A stretch of DNA of 64,000 nucleotides from Xylographa opegraphella (lineage: Eukaryota): positions 186,001 to 250,000 of the forward strand of contig JALDZX010000004.1 in NCBI GenBank assembly GCA_022813865.1. Reading direction: 5' to 3'. Positions 24,611 to 38,211 of the stretch are shown one piece after another. Within the stretch, counting starts at the first letter, position 1, and every line of letters begins with the position of its first letter. The notes under the pieces are model-generated. The model saw only the letters and a program-made list of their open reading frames with translations, was not told the origin of the DNA and made no database searches. The position numbers were made by a program, and so were the translations under genes.

Positions 24611-26797
24611 CTACAAGATTGTAGTTCCGAATATCCGAAACCTCCTCTCCCATTTCCCTTCCACTCTGACACCATACTCCTTGATACAACACTGAAAAGG
24701 TGGCGTTCGTAGTGGGCTATCCGTCAATCCCTTCTCGTTCACATAATCGGCCTCTCTCATATGAACCGCAGAGTTTGCGTTATTTTCGCTTAGAGTACGA
24801 GTGCCAAACTTGCGTTCTTCGAGATCGCCCCACAGGATGAAGAGCTTCTCGCGCAGCTCCGGGAGGGCGGTGGAAGAGTTGCGGAGGCTGGACGCGACAG
24901 ACAAAGAGTATTAGCTAGTGAATGTTGTAATTTGGATGAAGGTTTCATTAATGTTAATTTAGATATAAGATGAATAGATAAAGAAAGAAACGATGGTCAA
25001 AAGTTCCGCAAGAGTGCCGGGAAGATTTCGGACCAAAACATACTTTTCAGCGTCCATTTTGAGAAGGAAAACAGCATCCTCGCCCGCGACGAAGACTTTC
25101 ATCCGGTCTTTTGTCCTCTCCATGCCTGGATTTGCGTCTTCGAGCAGCAGGCAGAAGCGCCATTCCCATTTGAATTCTGCCTTCCGCGTATTGTTTGGAT
25201 CGGAGTCGGATAACGAGGATACGGATGCAGAACCGCTGTCAGTACTGTTGTCAGATTGATCGTCGTCATTGTCGGAAAGGTTGTCGAACTCGCTCGTTTT
25301 ATGGCGAACGGCAAAATCAGCAAGATCATGCGGGAAAAAGTCGACGACGCGGACGATGGCACGACTGCAGATGTTTTGGAAAGGAAGAGTGCAGGAAGTG
25401 CCATTGGGAGTGACGTGGGCGTGGGTTTTGTCGAGGGAGATGATTGAAGACAGTGAGCGAGGAGGGATGCTATCGTGTGTGCAGGCAACTGGTAAGCATA
25501 TCAGATATCAGCTTCTTCGGCTGTGAGTATTGAATGGGATCGGAGAACTCGCACTATTCTTGTTCAACTCTTTCCCCTTCAGTTTCGTCATTATATGTGT
25601 ATTGAGTTCTGCACCCTTGGTGGGCTTTTTTCCTTGTTCTGCTTCTTTACGTTCCTGTCGTCTTTTCTTCTTCAACTGCGCACTCGATAACGACTTTGCA
25701 GACTCTTCCCCTTTGCGTTTCTGCCCACGAACCTCGTCTACAAAGTCCTTGCTCTGATGCTCGAATTTCTTCAAATAGTCTCTCTTCCGCCGAAGCACAT
25801 CCTTCACTCGGTCATCTGCAGTCTCCTTGCTGTCGAGTATTGAGATGTCCACTTTTTCAGGCCACCGTTCATCAGTGTGCAGGACACCTTCTATCTTGGA
25901 GTCTCTGCTCCATTTGATATGCACATTACGGAGAAAAACAAAGTCACCCTCCTTTACATTTGCCTGCGTCCAAGAAGAGTGCGGACTCCATAATGTTACA
26001 GATAGAGTGAGCCTACCGAAAGGACCTGGCCAACTCTTTTTCATAACTCTCAGTGCATAGCCATAGGCATCGCCCTCTCTTGCAGCTCCGTCGTCTGCAC
26101 CGCGACCCCATTCATAATTGTATAATAGACCATTAGAAGTATAGTCTGTAATGTAGAGCTCGGTTTTGATATCATCAGGGTACAGCTTGACAACCTGTCC
26201 GACAATATCATAGTATGTGGCCACAGCAACATCCTTGATTAGGGAAAACTTCAATCTTGGTCCCGAGCCAGCACTTGTTGATGCATTTGGTGTGCACGTC
26301 TCGGTGCTGGCATTCTGAGAAATAAGAGCAATATATGTGCTCCGATCCTGAGAGTTGCATAACGTTATGGCATAATTGGTTTCGAGTATGTTCGGCTCCG
26401 GTACCGCTGCTACTTTGGAGAATTCTAGAATAGGCTGTTTTTCAGGAATACTAATTGGAATTGATGTTTGATGAAAGACCAGCCAAGTGCTTGATCGACC
26501 AGAAAGTATTATTTTCATTCCAGACCAGTCCTTAATCTTTACATTTCTCAGCATTACTACGTCACCCGTAGATCGAATGTTTGGAAGGTTAGTCTGTAGA
26601 GGTCGAAAGAATCTTACCCTCTCACCCGTATAGCTGGTGGTATTGTCAACAAGCGTGAATGTAGACATCCAATCAGTGCCTCTTGACTTGACTGGGAGAA
26701 GATAATCAATGACAACCCCCATCACATTTAGTTCGGTATCTGGACGCATGAAAGCAGTATGCAGATCAACAAAACCAGGTGGTACTGTGGACGCCAT
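24611..26797 (-). CDS. POT1: Telomere single-strand binding protein Pot1
   Basis: OB-fold motifs NVMGVVIDYLLPVKSRGTDW, GDVVMLRNVKI, YYDIVGQVVK, LYITDYTSN and FVFLRNVHIK. C-terminal WEWRFCLLLED, LREKLFILWGDLEE, FQCCIKEYGV and WERRFRIFGTTI. Two introns. Confidence 0.9.
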
Positions 26798-27235
26798 TCT
26801 TGCTACCACGACAGGTATGGAGGAATAAACAACTATATAGGAAGTCGAAAGCACGTGCTTTAATTGAACGCGTGTCTCAAAACAACATTGTATAACATAG
26901 AGGAGGCGCACAACCGGCCGCTCGCGTTAAATATGGAGCGCGGGACAGCCATTTGCTGCCGGAAATAACAATTCACATGATGACAATGGCCAATCTAGCA
27001 CAACAGCATTGAAAATTCGCGTCTGGCTCAAAGAAAGAAATTTCGCTTACTTGTCAGCCTTACCTGCCGTTAGCGTCTTGCAGAACCGTGAAGCTCTTGG
27101 CACTCACTACCTATTCCTGCTCAGTCCCACATCGCTCTCCAACCACAAAGCAACCTACCCTCCTTTGCTGGCACGATCACCAGCCGGCTAATCACTAAAA
27201 ACAGTTAATCATCGTGCCCTTTAAGGTTCTTCACC

Positions 27236-29198
27236 ATGGCGGAACGCTACATCCCAGAACATCGCAGGACTCAGTTCAAGGCCAAGAACACCTTCAAGCC
27301 AGATGAGCTGCGACGTCGTCGTGAAGAACAGCAAGTCGAGATTCGCAAGGCTAAGAGGGAAGAGAATTTGGCAAAGCGAAGAGGCATAGTGGCGAGAGAT
27401 GGCACTCAGACTTCAGCCCCAGGTGAATCTCTAGGAGCAGGATTCGATAGTGATGATGAAGATGGGGGCTCAATCGAAAGTCAGGTACGCTGAACATCCG
27501 GGCGAAGGGCATGCTCCAGAATATCTATCATTACTCAAGACCTTGTACTTCCACAGCAGGGATCTTTCACGAGAGACCTTTCTGATCTTTGATGGCCTCG
27601 TTACTGATCCCCTCAACCGATTTGTTTACTTCCACTTCCATTTATAGACACATGCAACCGTGTTTTGTATGCTATTAATATGAACTTCACTAATCGAACC
27701 TCTTTAGCTCAATGTCGAACTGCCACAAATGGTACAAGGGGTGTTCTCAAACGAAATCGATGCGCAGATTCAAGCAACAACTAAATTCCGTAAACTCTTG
27801 TCCAAAGAGCGCAACCCTCCCATTGAGAAGGTCATCGAAACAGGAGTTGTTAGCCGCTTCGTAGAATTTCTCCGCTCACCACATAGCTTGGTTCAGTTTG
27901 AAGCGGCTTGGGCTCTCACAAATATTGCTTCTGGATCTGCTCAGCAGACCCAGGTCGTTATTAATGCTGGAGCAGTGCCGATCTTTGTCGAGCTGCTGAG
28001 CAGCCATGAGCCTGACGTTAGAGAACAGGCAGTATGGGCACTTGGTAACATTGCCGGAGACAGCCCCCATTGCAGAGATTTTGTGCTTGCGGCAGGAGCA
28101 CTCCGACCTTTACTTGCCCTTCTCGGGGACAGTCGTAAACTTAGCATGCTGCGGAATGCAACATGGACACTTAGCAACTTCTGCCGTGGCAAGACTCCTC
28201 AGCCAGATTGGCAAACAGTACGTACACTTCGAGCACTATTTTAAGCCCACGTGCTGATTGCTCGATAGATTCTCCCAGCTCTTCCTGTGCTTGCAAAACT
28301 TGTCTATTCTTTAGACGATGAGGTCCTCATTGATGCTTGCTGGGCTATTTCCTATCTCTCCGATGGCGCGAATGATAAAATTCAGGCCGTGATTGAAGCG
28401 GGGATCCCACGCCGTCTCGTAGAACTCCTAACACACGCTTCAACATCTGTGCAGACTCCCGCCCTCAGATCGGTCGGAAACATCGTTACGGGAGACGATG
28501 TGCAGACTCAGATCATCATCAATAATGGCGCTCTTGCAGCCTTGTTGTCGCTTCTGGACTCCACAAAAGATGGCATACGCAAAGAGGCTTGTTGGACCAT
28601 TTCCAATGTGACTGCAGGGAACTCTACGCAAATTCAAGCTGTCATTGACGCGGGTATCATCCCTCCTTTGATACACCTACTATCCAACGGCGACTTTAAA
28701 ACTCGAAAAGAAGCCTGTTGGGCCATCTCCAATGCTACTTCAGGTGGACTACAGAAGCCTGAACAGATCCGATACCTCGTCCAGCAAGGCTGCATCAAGC
28801 CTCTTTGCGAGTTACTTTCGTGTCCCGACAACAAGATCATCCAGGTAGCCCTCGATGGTTTGGAGAACATTTTGAAGGTCGGCGAGATGGACAAGGAAGC
28901 TTCTGAGAACGCAGCCGATCAAAGTATTAATCGTTATGCTCTATTCATCGAAGAAGCAGGTGGTATGGAGAAGATACATGATTGTCAGAACAACGTCAAC
29001 GAAGAGATTTACATGAAGGCATACAACATCATAGAGAAGTACTTTTCTGACGAGGAAGATGCTGGAGAGATCGAGAATGCCGCTCCTCAGCAAGGACAAG
29101 ATGGAACATTTGGATTTGGAGGCCAGCAGCAGCAACAGCAACAACCACAACAAGGCGGCTTCAGTTTCGCCAACGGAGGAGACTCCATGGATATGTAA
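27236..29198 (+). CDS. SRP1: Importin subunit alpha (karyopherin alpha, Kap60/KapA)
   Basis: IBB domain [26 protein letters not shown] and ARM repeats ([36 protein letters not shown]). Introns at 27485-27707 and ~28218-28268. Confidence 0.97.
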
Positions 29199-29976
29199 AG
29201 TGGGTCCCGTTTCGAATGACCGATGTTTCTCTCGGCATCACTTCTTTTGGAGCACGCGTTCCTCAAGCCCATGCAGGCAACTGAAGACAAGTCATTTCAT
29301 GCGGGATTGAATGCAATCGTTGCCTTGCATCATGATCCTGCACAGTTTCTCAACCTCTTTCGATTCACTCCAAGCAAGTCGACCATCACCCGCTCATACA
29401 CACCTTCGATCCACTGGTATCACGACTGTTTTATGACCCCGAAGATTCACAATCATGTAACCCCGATTCCCATGACACCGCACGGCACAGCATCATCGAC
29501 CACGGCGTTTACCCAGCACTAGCACCATGTTTTCCCGGCCAGCCGTTGCGCTGGTACACCTAATATGGCTATGTTGATAGAGATTGGGTTCTGTGGAGGT
29601 TGAAATGCTTTCTGCTCTATGTATCTTCGAAATTCATAGGTAATGCAGGTACTTTTGTGCGAGGTCCATTGCATGTGATACTATCGGTCTACGTGAACGC
29701 TGGCACCCTCATTCAGATTGACCCTTACACATATCTCCTAAAACTGTTTGATTGGCAAGTCAAGTGCCTGCTTTGACTCCGTGAGTTGGGATGCGTCCAA
29801 CATCCTGTCTTCGCCCACCCTGGCCTGATCTTCCTTTCCCCGCATTTCTCACCCCGCAGACTTTATCAACCACCAATGACATAGGTAGATAGACAAGAAC
29901 ATCATAACATGGCCGAATACTCCAACTGCTGCGGTCAGGCAAGCTCCTCTCTTCCTCAAAGTTGCCCCTCGAGAAG

Positions 29977-31531
29977 ATGTCGTCCACAACGACTGCCTCC
30001 ATGAAAGCCGTCCATTACGAGGGTCCGTTTAAGGTCAGTGTGAGAGAGGTACCTCACCCAAAGATTCAACATCCGGACGATGCAATTATCAAAGTAACTA
30101 CAGCTGGTTCGTTTGCTCATTTCCAGCTTGAATATTTGACAGTACTGACCAGGAGAATTCCAGCGATATGCGGTTCAGGTAATGACTGATAAGTGCATCA
30201 CCCAGCCTTCAACAATTATACTGACCTTTCAAAGACCTCCATATGTATCAAGGGCGGACAGCCGCGGAGAAGGGCCTTGTGTTTGGTAAGTAGAGTCATG
30301 TGGCAGTACAGACATGCGCTTGCGGCCTAAGGGCTTTACTAATGCCTCCCCTCACCAGGACATGAGAACATGGGCATCATCGAAGAACTTGGAGATGGCG
30401 TCACACTTCTCAAGAAAGGCGATCGTGTTGTCCTTCCATTCAATGTTGCGGACGGCCGATGTCAGAATTGTGAAGAGGGCAAGACGGCGTTCTGTACGGG
30501 CGTGAATCCAGGGTTTGCAGGCGGGGCGTATGGCTATGTAGCTATGGGTCCTTACCAGGGCGGTCAGGTAAATTCTCAAAATCCTCATGTTCGATGCCTT
30601 AAGTATTGGTGACACTCGTGAAGGCGGAGGCCGTTACGTGGTTGCTCTTCACCTGATGTCAACTCTCTTGGTGGTCTTCCTTTCAACTGACGCCAACTTG
30701 CAGGCCCAATACCTTCGTATCCCTTATGCCGACTTCAATGCACTGAAATTACCGCCTGGTACGGAGCACGAAGCCGACTTCGCACTTCTTGCCGACATCT
30801 TCCCAACTGGCTGGCACGGTGTCGTCCTATCCGGATTCCAATCCGGCGAGTCGATCGCTGTCTTCGGCGCCGGTCCAGTCGGCCTCATGTCCGCTTATAG
30901 CGCCACGCTTCGAGGTGCTTCACGCGTATTCGTTGTTGACCGTGTTCCCGAGCGTCTTGCCCAGGCCGAGAAAATAGGCTGTATACCCATCGACTTCAGC
31001 AAAGGGGACGCGGTGGAGATGATTATCGAGAAAAATGGTGGCATGGTGGACAGGAGTGTGGATGCTGTCGGCTACCAAGCTACTGGAAGTGGGGAGGAGG
31101 AGGTCCCAAACATCGTCATCGAGCAGTGCATCAAAATCACGAGGCCGACGGGCGGTGTTGGCATTCCGGGCTTATATGTTCCCAGCGACCCTGGGGCGCC
31201 TGACGAGAAGAGCAAACAGGGGATGATGTTGATGAGCTTCGGAAAGCTGTTTGAGAAAGTATGTCGTAGTGGAACCTACATGTGCTGTTTTCATGGAAGA
31301 CTCACTGACATGGCTCGCTTGTCGTAGGGGCTGACTTTCGGAACCGGCCAGTGCAACGTCAAGAAGTACAACCGCTATCTGCGCGACTTGATCATTGCTG
31401 GGAAAGCCAAGCCCAGCTTCGTGGTGTCGCATGACATCAATATTGATGATGCGCCGACGGCGTACGAGAAATTTGATAAGCGGATCGATGGGTATACAAA
31501 GGTTCTCATTCATCCAAATGGTCCTCTGTAG
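29977..31531 (+). CDS. Zinc-dependent alcohol dehydrogenase / glutathione-independent formaldehyde dehydrogenase-like (MDR family)
   Basis: AICGSDLH (carried on a micro-exon), GHENMG, ADIFPTGWHG, GAGPVGL, DAVGYQA and GQCNVKKYNRYLRDLI. About five introns. Confidence 0.92.
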
Positions 31532-33125
31532 TTTGTCATCATTAATGCGCATCACGTCTTCCAGTCACTCAAATGAGAGGCTTTCACATAGATTATAAAT
31601 CTTGGCAAACAGCCTTGTCTTACAATCCTGAAGACCTACGCATACTTGAGAGGTTTGAATTGCTTGAGCACAACAGCGCCAGTAGGATATGCTTTAAACC
31701 ATTGTCCCTACTTGTTGAATAACCCCAGGCTCATGGATCGTGAATCGTAAAAAGTGGCTCTAATGAAGTAGCTCACGAGCTGAAAGAGATCGCTTGAAAG
31801 CACATGGATGGCTCTGGGACTGGTTCACTGTACCAGTGATCGCTCTTACGAAAGCTTCGTAACAATACTGGTTGGCGAATGCACGGATAAGCACACCCAG
31901 TCCAAAGATGTGATTGTTTTTCAGGTCAACGAGGTAGGTGCCAGGTGATATCAAAAGCTTCGAAAAGCACGTCGAAGGCATGGGTGTTTACAACTCCTGC
32001 CAGTTGCAATTCATTATACAAAGCGTAACTCCGCAGAGGCGATTGTCTGTTTAGCGTCAAGGAATATTTTCCTTTTAGAAGAGAGAAGCGTTCGGGCTCT
32101 CATATGTTGCAGATCAACTTCAATATCGCTCCTTTTACTTTGAGTGCAATGGATAGTATTTGGATATCGTGGTCAGTAAATGACGACGACCTATTTCCAT
32201 GTAAGTGATGGCCTACTGGCCTCATGAAATAGTACGAAGAGAGTACGAAGAATCGTTCTCCAAAGCTGGGCCAAAAGAGGTATTCATTTTTTGAGAAGAG
32301 AAGACACAGGTGTCTTGAACTAAACTCCGCGAGCAGAAGCAAGGACGTAGATAACGAGGCGATCCGTTGTGATACAGTGATTCTTACAGAGCCAGACCGT
32401 GACGAAGATACTGGCATTGCCACGAAAGTCACCGTAGCTTGTCTGGAGCCTACAATTTGAACTCAGCCGAGCAATCGGCTACAGAACATCTGTTGCGGCG
32501 CTCTTGTTACTAATATAGAAGAATTGAAGGACAACGTGTGATAGCTTCCCACTGATCAACCATCAGGTACTGTAAGATATTGAGCCGAAAGATTTGTTCT
32601 AAGCTATTTGTGTACTAGCGGGCTTGGTTCGGAGATAGCAACCAATCACGACCGACTTCAACCTCGAATCTCTGGACCGTTACAGATTCACACTGTTCAT
32701 GTTTGTACCCGTATCGCTGTTGATCTTGACATACGGCCGTGCAAGCTGCTTCATGGAGTGTTCATGTCGCTCAATAGATGCTGCAGCATGTTTCTGAAAC
32801 TGGTTTTCCGAGAATGCCTCACCAGTGACCTTGCTATGTGCACTGCCAATCCCGCCCTCTACAAGAGGTGCTTAGTGTCGGAGCCTACTCTGCTAACTGG
32901 GGTAGGAGGCTGAATTTCCCCTGCGCCCTCATGACGATCACTTGTGCCGCAAGTAGCTCCGTTGCTACTTAGCTTTCATCTTATCTCATATATGTAACAG
33001 TCGTTTCGGCATGTGCGACATGTCCTAGCCAGCCTTCGAATTTCCCGGTGCTTTTACCATAATTCCATTCGCTCCGCCATCATTTTCTGTATCGCGTCGT
33101 TTCCTAGGTTTGACGTCTTGCGGTC

Positions 33126-34032
33126 ATGAACAAAGCACGGGCGGCAACTGCAACGACAGTGCTACCACCAACCTCCACACCCGCAGGATGGTTCGGATGT
33201 TTCGCACAACCAATTGATGGCCATGCATTTCCAGTCGCACTCGTTGTTCCGTGCGGCAATGGCACGATAGAGAGCTGTTGCGAAATTGGCGACATATGTC
33301 TATCGAACTCTTTCTGCAGAAACGCAAGAGACGCGGGTTTTGTAGAATACTATGGCTCATACTGCACCGACCCCACGTATAGCGCTGGGCAGTGCAATCC
33401 GAACTGCAGTCAGTCTTTTGAATGTGGAATGTTGTCTAGTGGAAAATTAACTGCTGATAGTGTACGAACCAAGTGTCCCATGTTCAGATGGCACGGGGAT
33501 TGAACTCTGGCAATGCTCGAACATGTCCACCTGCGATACCTCCAATACGAGCATGGGAATGTCTACGTTCCTCGCGCCAGATCCCACCAACCTCGTGAAC
33601 CTGACCACTTTGAACACGGTCGAACCGACTGCGATCCAAACCCAATTCATCCCGACCTTATGGAACAGTCCCTCAACTGCGTCAACTTCCATTGCCAGTA
33701 CTACGACCTCAGCTGAAGCCATCTCGTCCAATTCAGGGAGCCCGTTGTCAAATTCTGCAATTATTGCTATTGCCGTTGTGATCCCAGTGGTAGTTGTACT
33801 CGCAATAGCCGGCATCATAACCTTCTGTTGGCGACGGCGCGCTGCTCGCCGTAGGGAGGAAGCAACAAGAGGAACATACAAAGTGGCCCGAACAAAATCG
33901 CCAATGCTTTACAACGCCCCAATGAACGAGATCGATGGCCGGGCACACGTGACTGAGATGGCGGGCGGCGACTCGAGAATCGAACTTTCAGGGACAAACC
34001 ATCCGGTCGAGCTCTCCGGCACAGCGAATTGA
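33126..34032 (+). CDS. Single-pass membrane protein with Cys-rich ectodomain and Ser/Thr stalk (Mid2-like architecture)
   Basis: CC..GDICLSNSFC...CTDPTY...C ectodomain, intron ~33408-33460, S/T-rich stalk, TM segment IIAIAVVIPVVVVLAIAGIITFCW followed by RRRAARRR, and a cytoplasmic E(L/M)xG repeat tail. Confidence 0.8.
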
Positions 34033-35230
34033 CCTTTTTCCCCAAATATCTACACCATCTCTCGCAGGGTGCGAACTTTCTGAAAGCACTAATATAATAT
34101 GCGGTGAAGCAGATCTGATTGGTACAGGATCATTCTTGTGCATGGAAAATCCGGTGCAAGTTTCTGCCTGCGAAATCCCTCCCGCACGGCAAAGGGAGCC
34201 TATCTTCAACGACCAGCTGCCACGTGCCAAAGCTTCCAGCCACTCATAAGCTCGGGGGACGACGTCGTGCCTTCTCGCTTGCAAAAGCGGACTCGAAGGC
34301 TTCGTAAAGTCGTGGAAGCCCACTTCGATGTAACAACCACAAAAAGACCTCTTCAGATCACCAATGACTGGCCAGGGCTGTGGTGGTGTTTCGAAAAATT
34401 CTACCCTATCATAAGGCTTTCGCACGAAAGACCAGCGCAGCGACCCAGAGGTGCTGTAATGACTACTCGTCCTCATCAGTGCGAATATATATCTACACCG
34501 CGTCTACCACTGGTTTCAAAGTTGCAGGATGTGTCCTCGTTGAAATCCGAGAACAGGAGGGGCATAGCTCTCACGGGCTCATAATATTGGAGTCAAAATC
34601 GAAGCAGCTGGCCTTGCTCGTCCGGCATATGGATGTTGAGGTCGCCTTGACAGTAGTTTCGGAGGATACAAGCCTGGAATGCAGAAGCAGGCCTGGTGGA
34701 GACATGCCAGTAGACAGAAAGGTTGGACCACGAAGCGAAGCATACATACGTAGAACAGATTAGGCAGAGTAAGAACTACAATATGCAGCATCACTTTTCT
34801 CACCACCAACCGAACCATTCTCATCCAGCCAACTCATGAAGCTCTCTCGTATCCATTTGTGCAAGCACCACTCTCTGCTATGTAGCCCAGCGCCAGATAT
34901 CCACAATCCGCTGCCGCCACCACATGATTGCTACAAAACCAAAGCGGACATCATGAACCAAGCAGCGAAAGCTTCATCCGCTTCGCAAAACCCACCAAGC
35001 GCCCGGCTCGTCCCCCGAATACTAGCCGATCGCCCAGTCTTTTTCGTGCCTCATTTTAGTTGTACAAGTAGTAAAGAAGAAGAAAAAAAACACAATTTCC
35101 GCCCGCAAATATACAATCCAGTGAAAGTGGCTCATCATGTCCAGTATGTTTTCGCACCAGCGGGCAGGGCATATGGATACCCAAGCACGGCGCGGGAACC
35201 ACCGTCGCTGCTCACAGAGCGGGAAGAAGG

Positions 35231-37689
35231 TCAAAAAGCATCCTCGTCCGTCCATCCAGCCTCACTCCCCGCCGGCACGAACCTTCCCCCTTCCTCGACG
35301 AGCGTCTGGCCTCCGTGCATCGGCTTGAGCTTCTTGCCCTGACCCTGCCGCGGCGACGGATAACCTCCTTCGGGCGTATAGCGCTTTCCCTTGGCGGCCT
35401 TCAGCTTCGCGTAATACGCCTCGCTGGCATCCGGCTCGGGTTCACTCGCATCGTCGTAAGTCTCCCAGTTTTCGGAGCCGGAAACGGCTTGTGAAGCGGT
35501 CGAAGTGGTGGAGATCTGTCTGCTGTCTGCGTGAGGCACGTAGCGTTCTTGCTGAGGCTGGTAGCGTGTATCGTATTTAAGAGCGGGCTGGAGGTCCTGG
35601 TATATTTGAGGAGTGTGGTTCTGAGACGGCACGGCGGAGGAGGGAAGGTAGGACATATGTTCGCGACGATCCGAATACACGTCTTCAGGAGTGGTGCTTC
35701 GAATGGGCCCGGAGTCGTTTGAGGAAGCTACAGAATCGCACCGCCAATTCTCGGAGTCTGGAGCGCTCTTCGGGGTGGCATGTGGGGGTATGAATAGATC
35801 ACGCATCTTGGGAGGTGGTGCTCTAGCCGGAGGACCCATTTTGCGCACTGTATTGGAGTCGTAGTTGGGCTCTTGTGCAATTCCACGGCGCTCTGGTGAA
35901 TTAGGTCCGTGTTTCATGGTTCCCAAAGGAACACGAGAAGGGATCTTCGAGGGAGATGTCGGGCCTGTTGCGGACATGGTGGAGCTTCCAAGAGGATTGC
36001 GTCTCAGAGTCCCAGTAGGACTCCTAGCGCCTGAGCGTGATGGAGCTGCTCGCAAAACGCTCCCGGCGCGTGAGCTTGCTGGAGTGGGTTTTGCCGGCTT
36101 CATAACTGGTGGTGGAAGTCCAGATGGTGTTTTTGACCTAGGCGGTAATGTCTTTGCCTCCGAAGCAGCAAGCTCATCCAGATATCTCTGTCCGTGCACG
36201 AGGAAAGGTCGGCCATACTCATCCTCCCAGCGCTCCAGGATCTTCTTCAACTCGACTTCAATCTTTGGCAAATCCTTAGTGATCCTCTTTCTCATCTTTT
36301 CTTCCCTCAAAAGCCTCGTGGGATCTCGCTTTTCGCCTTTTTGTCCTCGTAACATCAGCCTTGAGGCGTCCTGACTGGAGGCAGCTAAATCTTCCCGATC
36401 TTTGATAAGTGATCTATGCTTGTCAATCATTTGTAATGTCGGTAAACGCTGTTCCTTGAGTGCTTCTAATCGAGCAATTTCTCCTTCGTGTGCAGAAAGC
36501 AACGCGTCGCTGTAGACGTCTGAGAATGCGGGAGTGAAATCGAGCATCTCCTCCTCGGAGAAGTACAGACTGTCCCAGAGTTCCTGCAGCTTATATCGTG
36601 CGTCCTCGACGAACAGGTGCAGATTCTGACGTTTGAGTTCGCTGAGTCGATCTAACTCCGCTTCGAATTCGTTGATGACACGAAGTCCACAACCTCGAGT
36701 ACCTGCAAGGAATCGTTTTCGATCCATGTCGTCGACAGCAAGCCGATCCCATAGACCCTCGACTGTAATTTTCAGCTCCTTGAGTTTACGTTCCCGGTTC
36801 CGCTTTTCGTCTAAGAGTTTGTCTCGCTTGGATTGAAGCCTTGTGATATCAGTTTCGTGAAGACCAAGCTGTTCCGGGGAGTCCCGGTAGTTCTTGACTA
36901 TGATGTTGTCGGTTTGTGCCTGAGGGGTCCCAAGTTCAGCCCATAAATTTACGATTTCTTCCGAAGTTGCTTTGACCGTCGCAATTCTCCTCGTATATTC
37001 CTCATAGACACGCGAGAATTCGTTGTCGAGAGATGTCACGTATGTTGGTGACAGATCAAAATTTGTCGGGACGGATGCGTTGCTGGAAGTGGGAGGCAAC
37101 GCGACCTTGATGAAAGATGGCTCTAAATGGGACGAGTAGGACTCGAGAGCAATAACAAGCTCTATATTTCGGTCAGCAGGAAATGTCGGTATGCGAAAGC
37201 AATACTCACTCTTGACTTGTTCGAAGCGCTCACGGTGTATCTTTGCGATTGTGTTATATTTCTCCTTGAGGTTTTGGATACAGCGCGAAAGAGGGATTGT
37301 GACTTTGAGTGTATCATCTTCCAAAGGATAGTCATTGTTCAGCTTGCGGTCTTCGAGAGAGGCCTCCATCTGCCTGATGGTCTTGATGATTCCGTGGGCT
37401 TCCTCTGTAAGTTCGTTCTTCTCGCTGGTCCTAATTAGTCATACTATCCATGGTTGTGGATGTGAATCAGACTCACGCTGTGACAAGACGCAGTTGATTG
37501 TGTAATGTCTCTGACAGAGCTGTGAAAAGCTTTCGTGGGTGTTAGCAGAAATCTTTCGTGGAGCCGTGCCAAACTAACCTCGGATTCTCGGGACTCTCTC
37601 TCATTATTAGGGACACCGATTTCATCGAATAAGCCATGAAGTTGGCCGATGATGGTCGCAACCTGCGTCGTAAGATAGCTGGTGTCCAT
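35231..37689 (-). CDS. ASE1: Anaphase spindle microtubule-bundling protein (Ase1/PRC1/MAP65)
   Basis: MDTSYLTTQV start, LWAELG, LQELWDSLYFSEEE, SQDASRLM, RLLREEKMRKRI and WEDEYGRPFLVHG. Three 5' introns. Confidence 0.93.
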
Positions 37690-38211
37690 GACCGACTCTA
37701 CGGTAGTCACGTCGCAATCTGATCGCCAGGGTTGTTCCCTTTGCCTGGTGACTGTGGACCTTTGAAAGGTTGGAGCAAATCAGGCACTGAGCTAGTAAAT
37801 CCCAAGCTTGCTATTTCAAAGAAAAACAATCCCGATGAGAACTCATGCTGGTAAGCCGTTGTGAGATTCTGCAAATCGTCTGGGTTTGGTCGTAGAAAGA
37901 CCTGTTTCATGTTGTTCGCGTCAATCTGTGATATTGCCGCCATCACCACGGCAACGATCGCGGTTACGTTCCTAGGCGATTACATAAAAGCCCCTCGGCC
38001 GCTAGGCTACCTCGGCTACCTTACCTAAGGTACTTCGTACCTTGTCCTAGAGCTCCAACATTTGGCTGTGAAAGGCCACCAAAGAGCTTTTTCTTTGGGT
38101 TGTAGCTTTAGAAGCTTCACTCAGTTCTTCCTCTTAGTAACATTGCAAAATATATTCACAATGCCAATTCCCTGACCTAAGAATATGTCTATTTTCTCCC
38201 TGGTGGCGAAC

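Noticed and set aside
33988..34830. ORFs between the membrane-protein gene and ASE1
   Set aside because: No recognisable motifs or coherent splice structure. They may be relics but cannot be supported.
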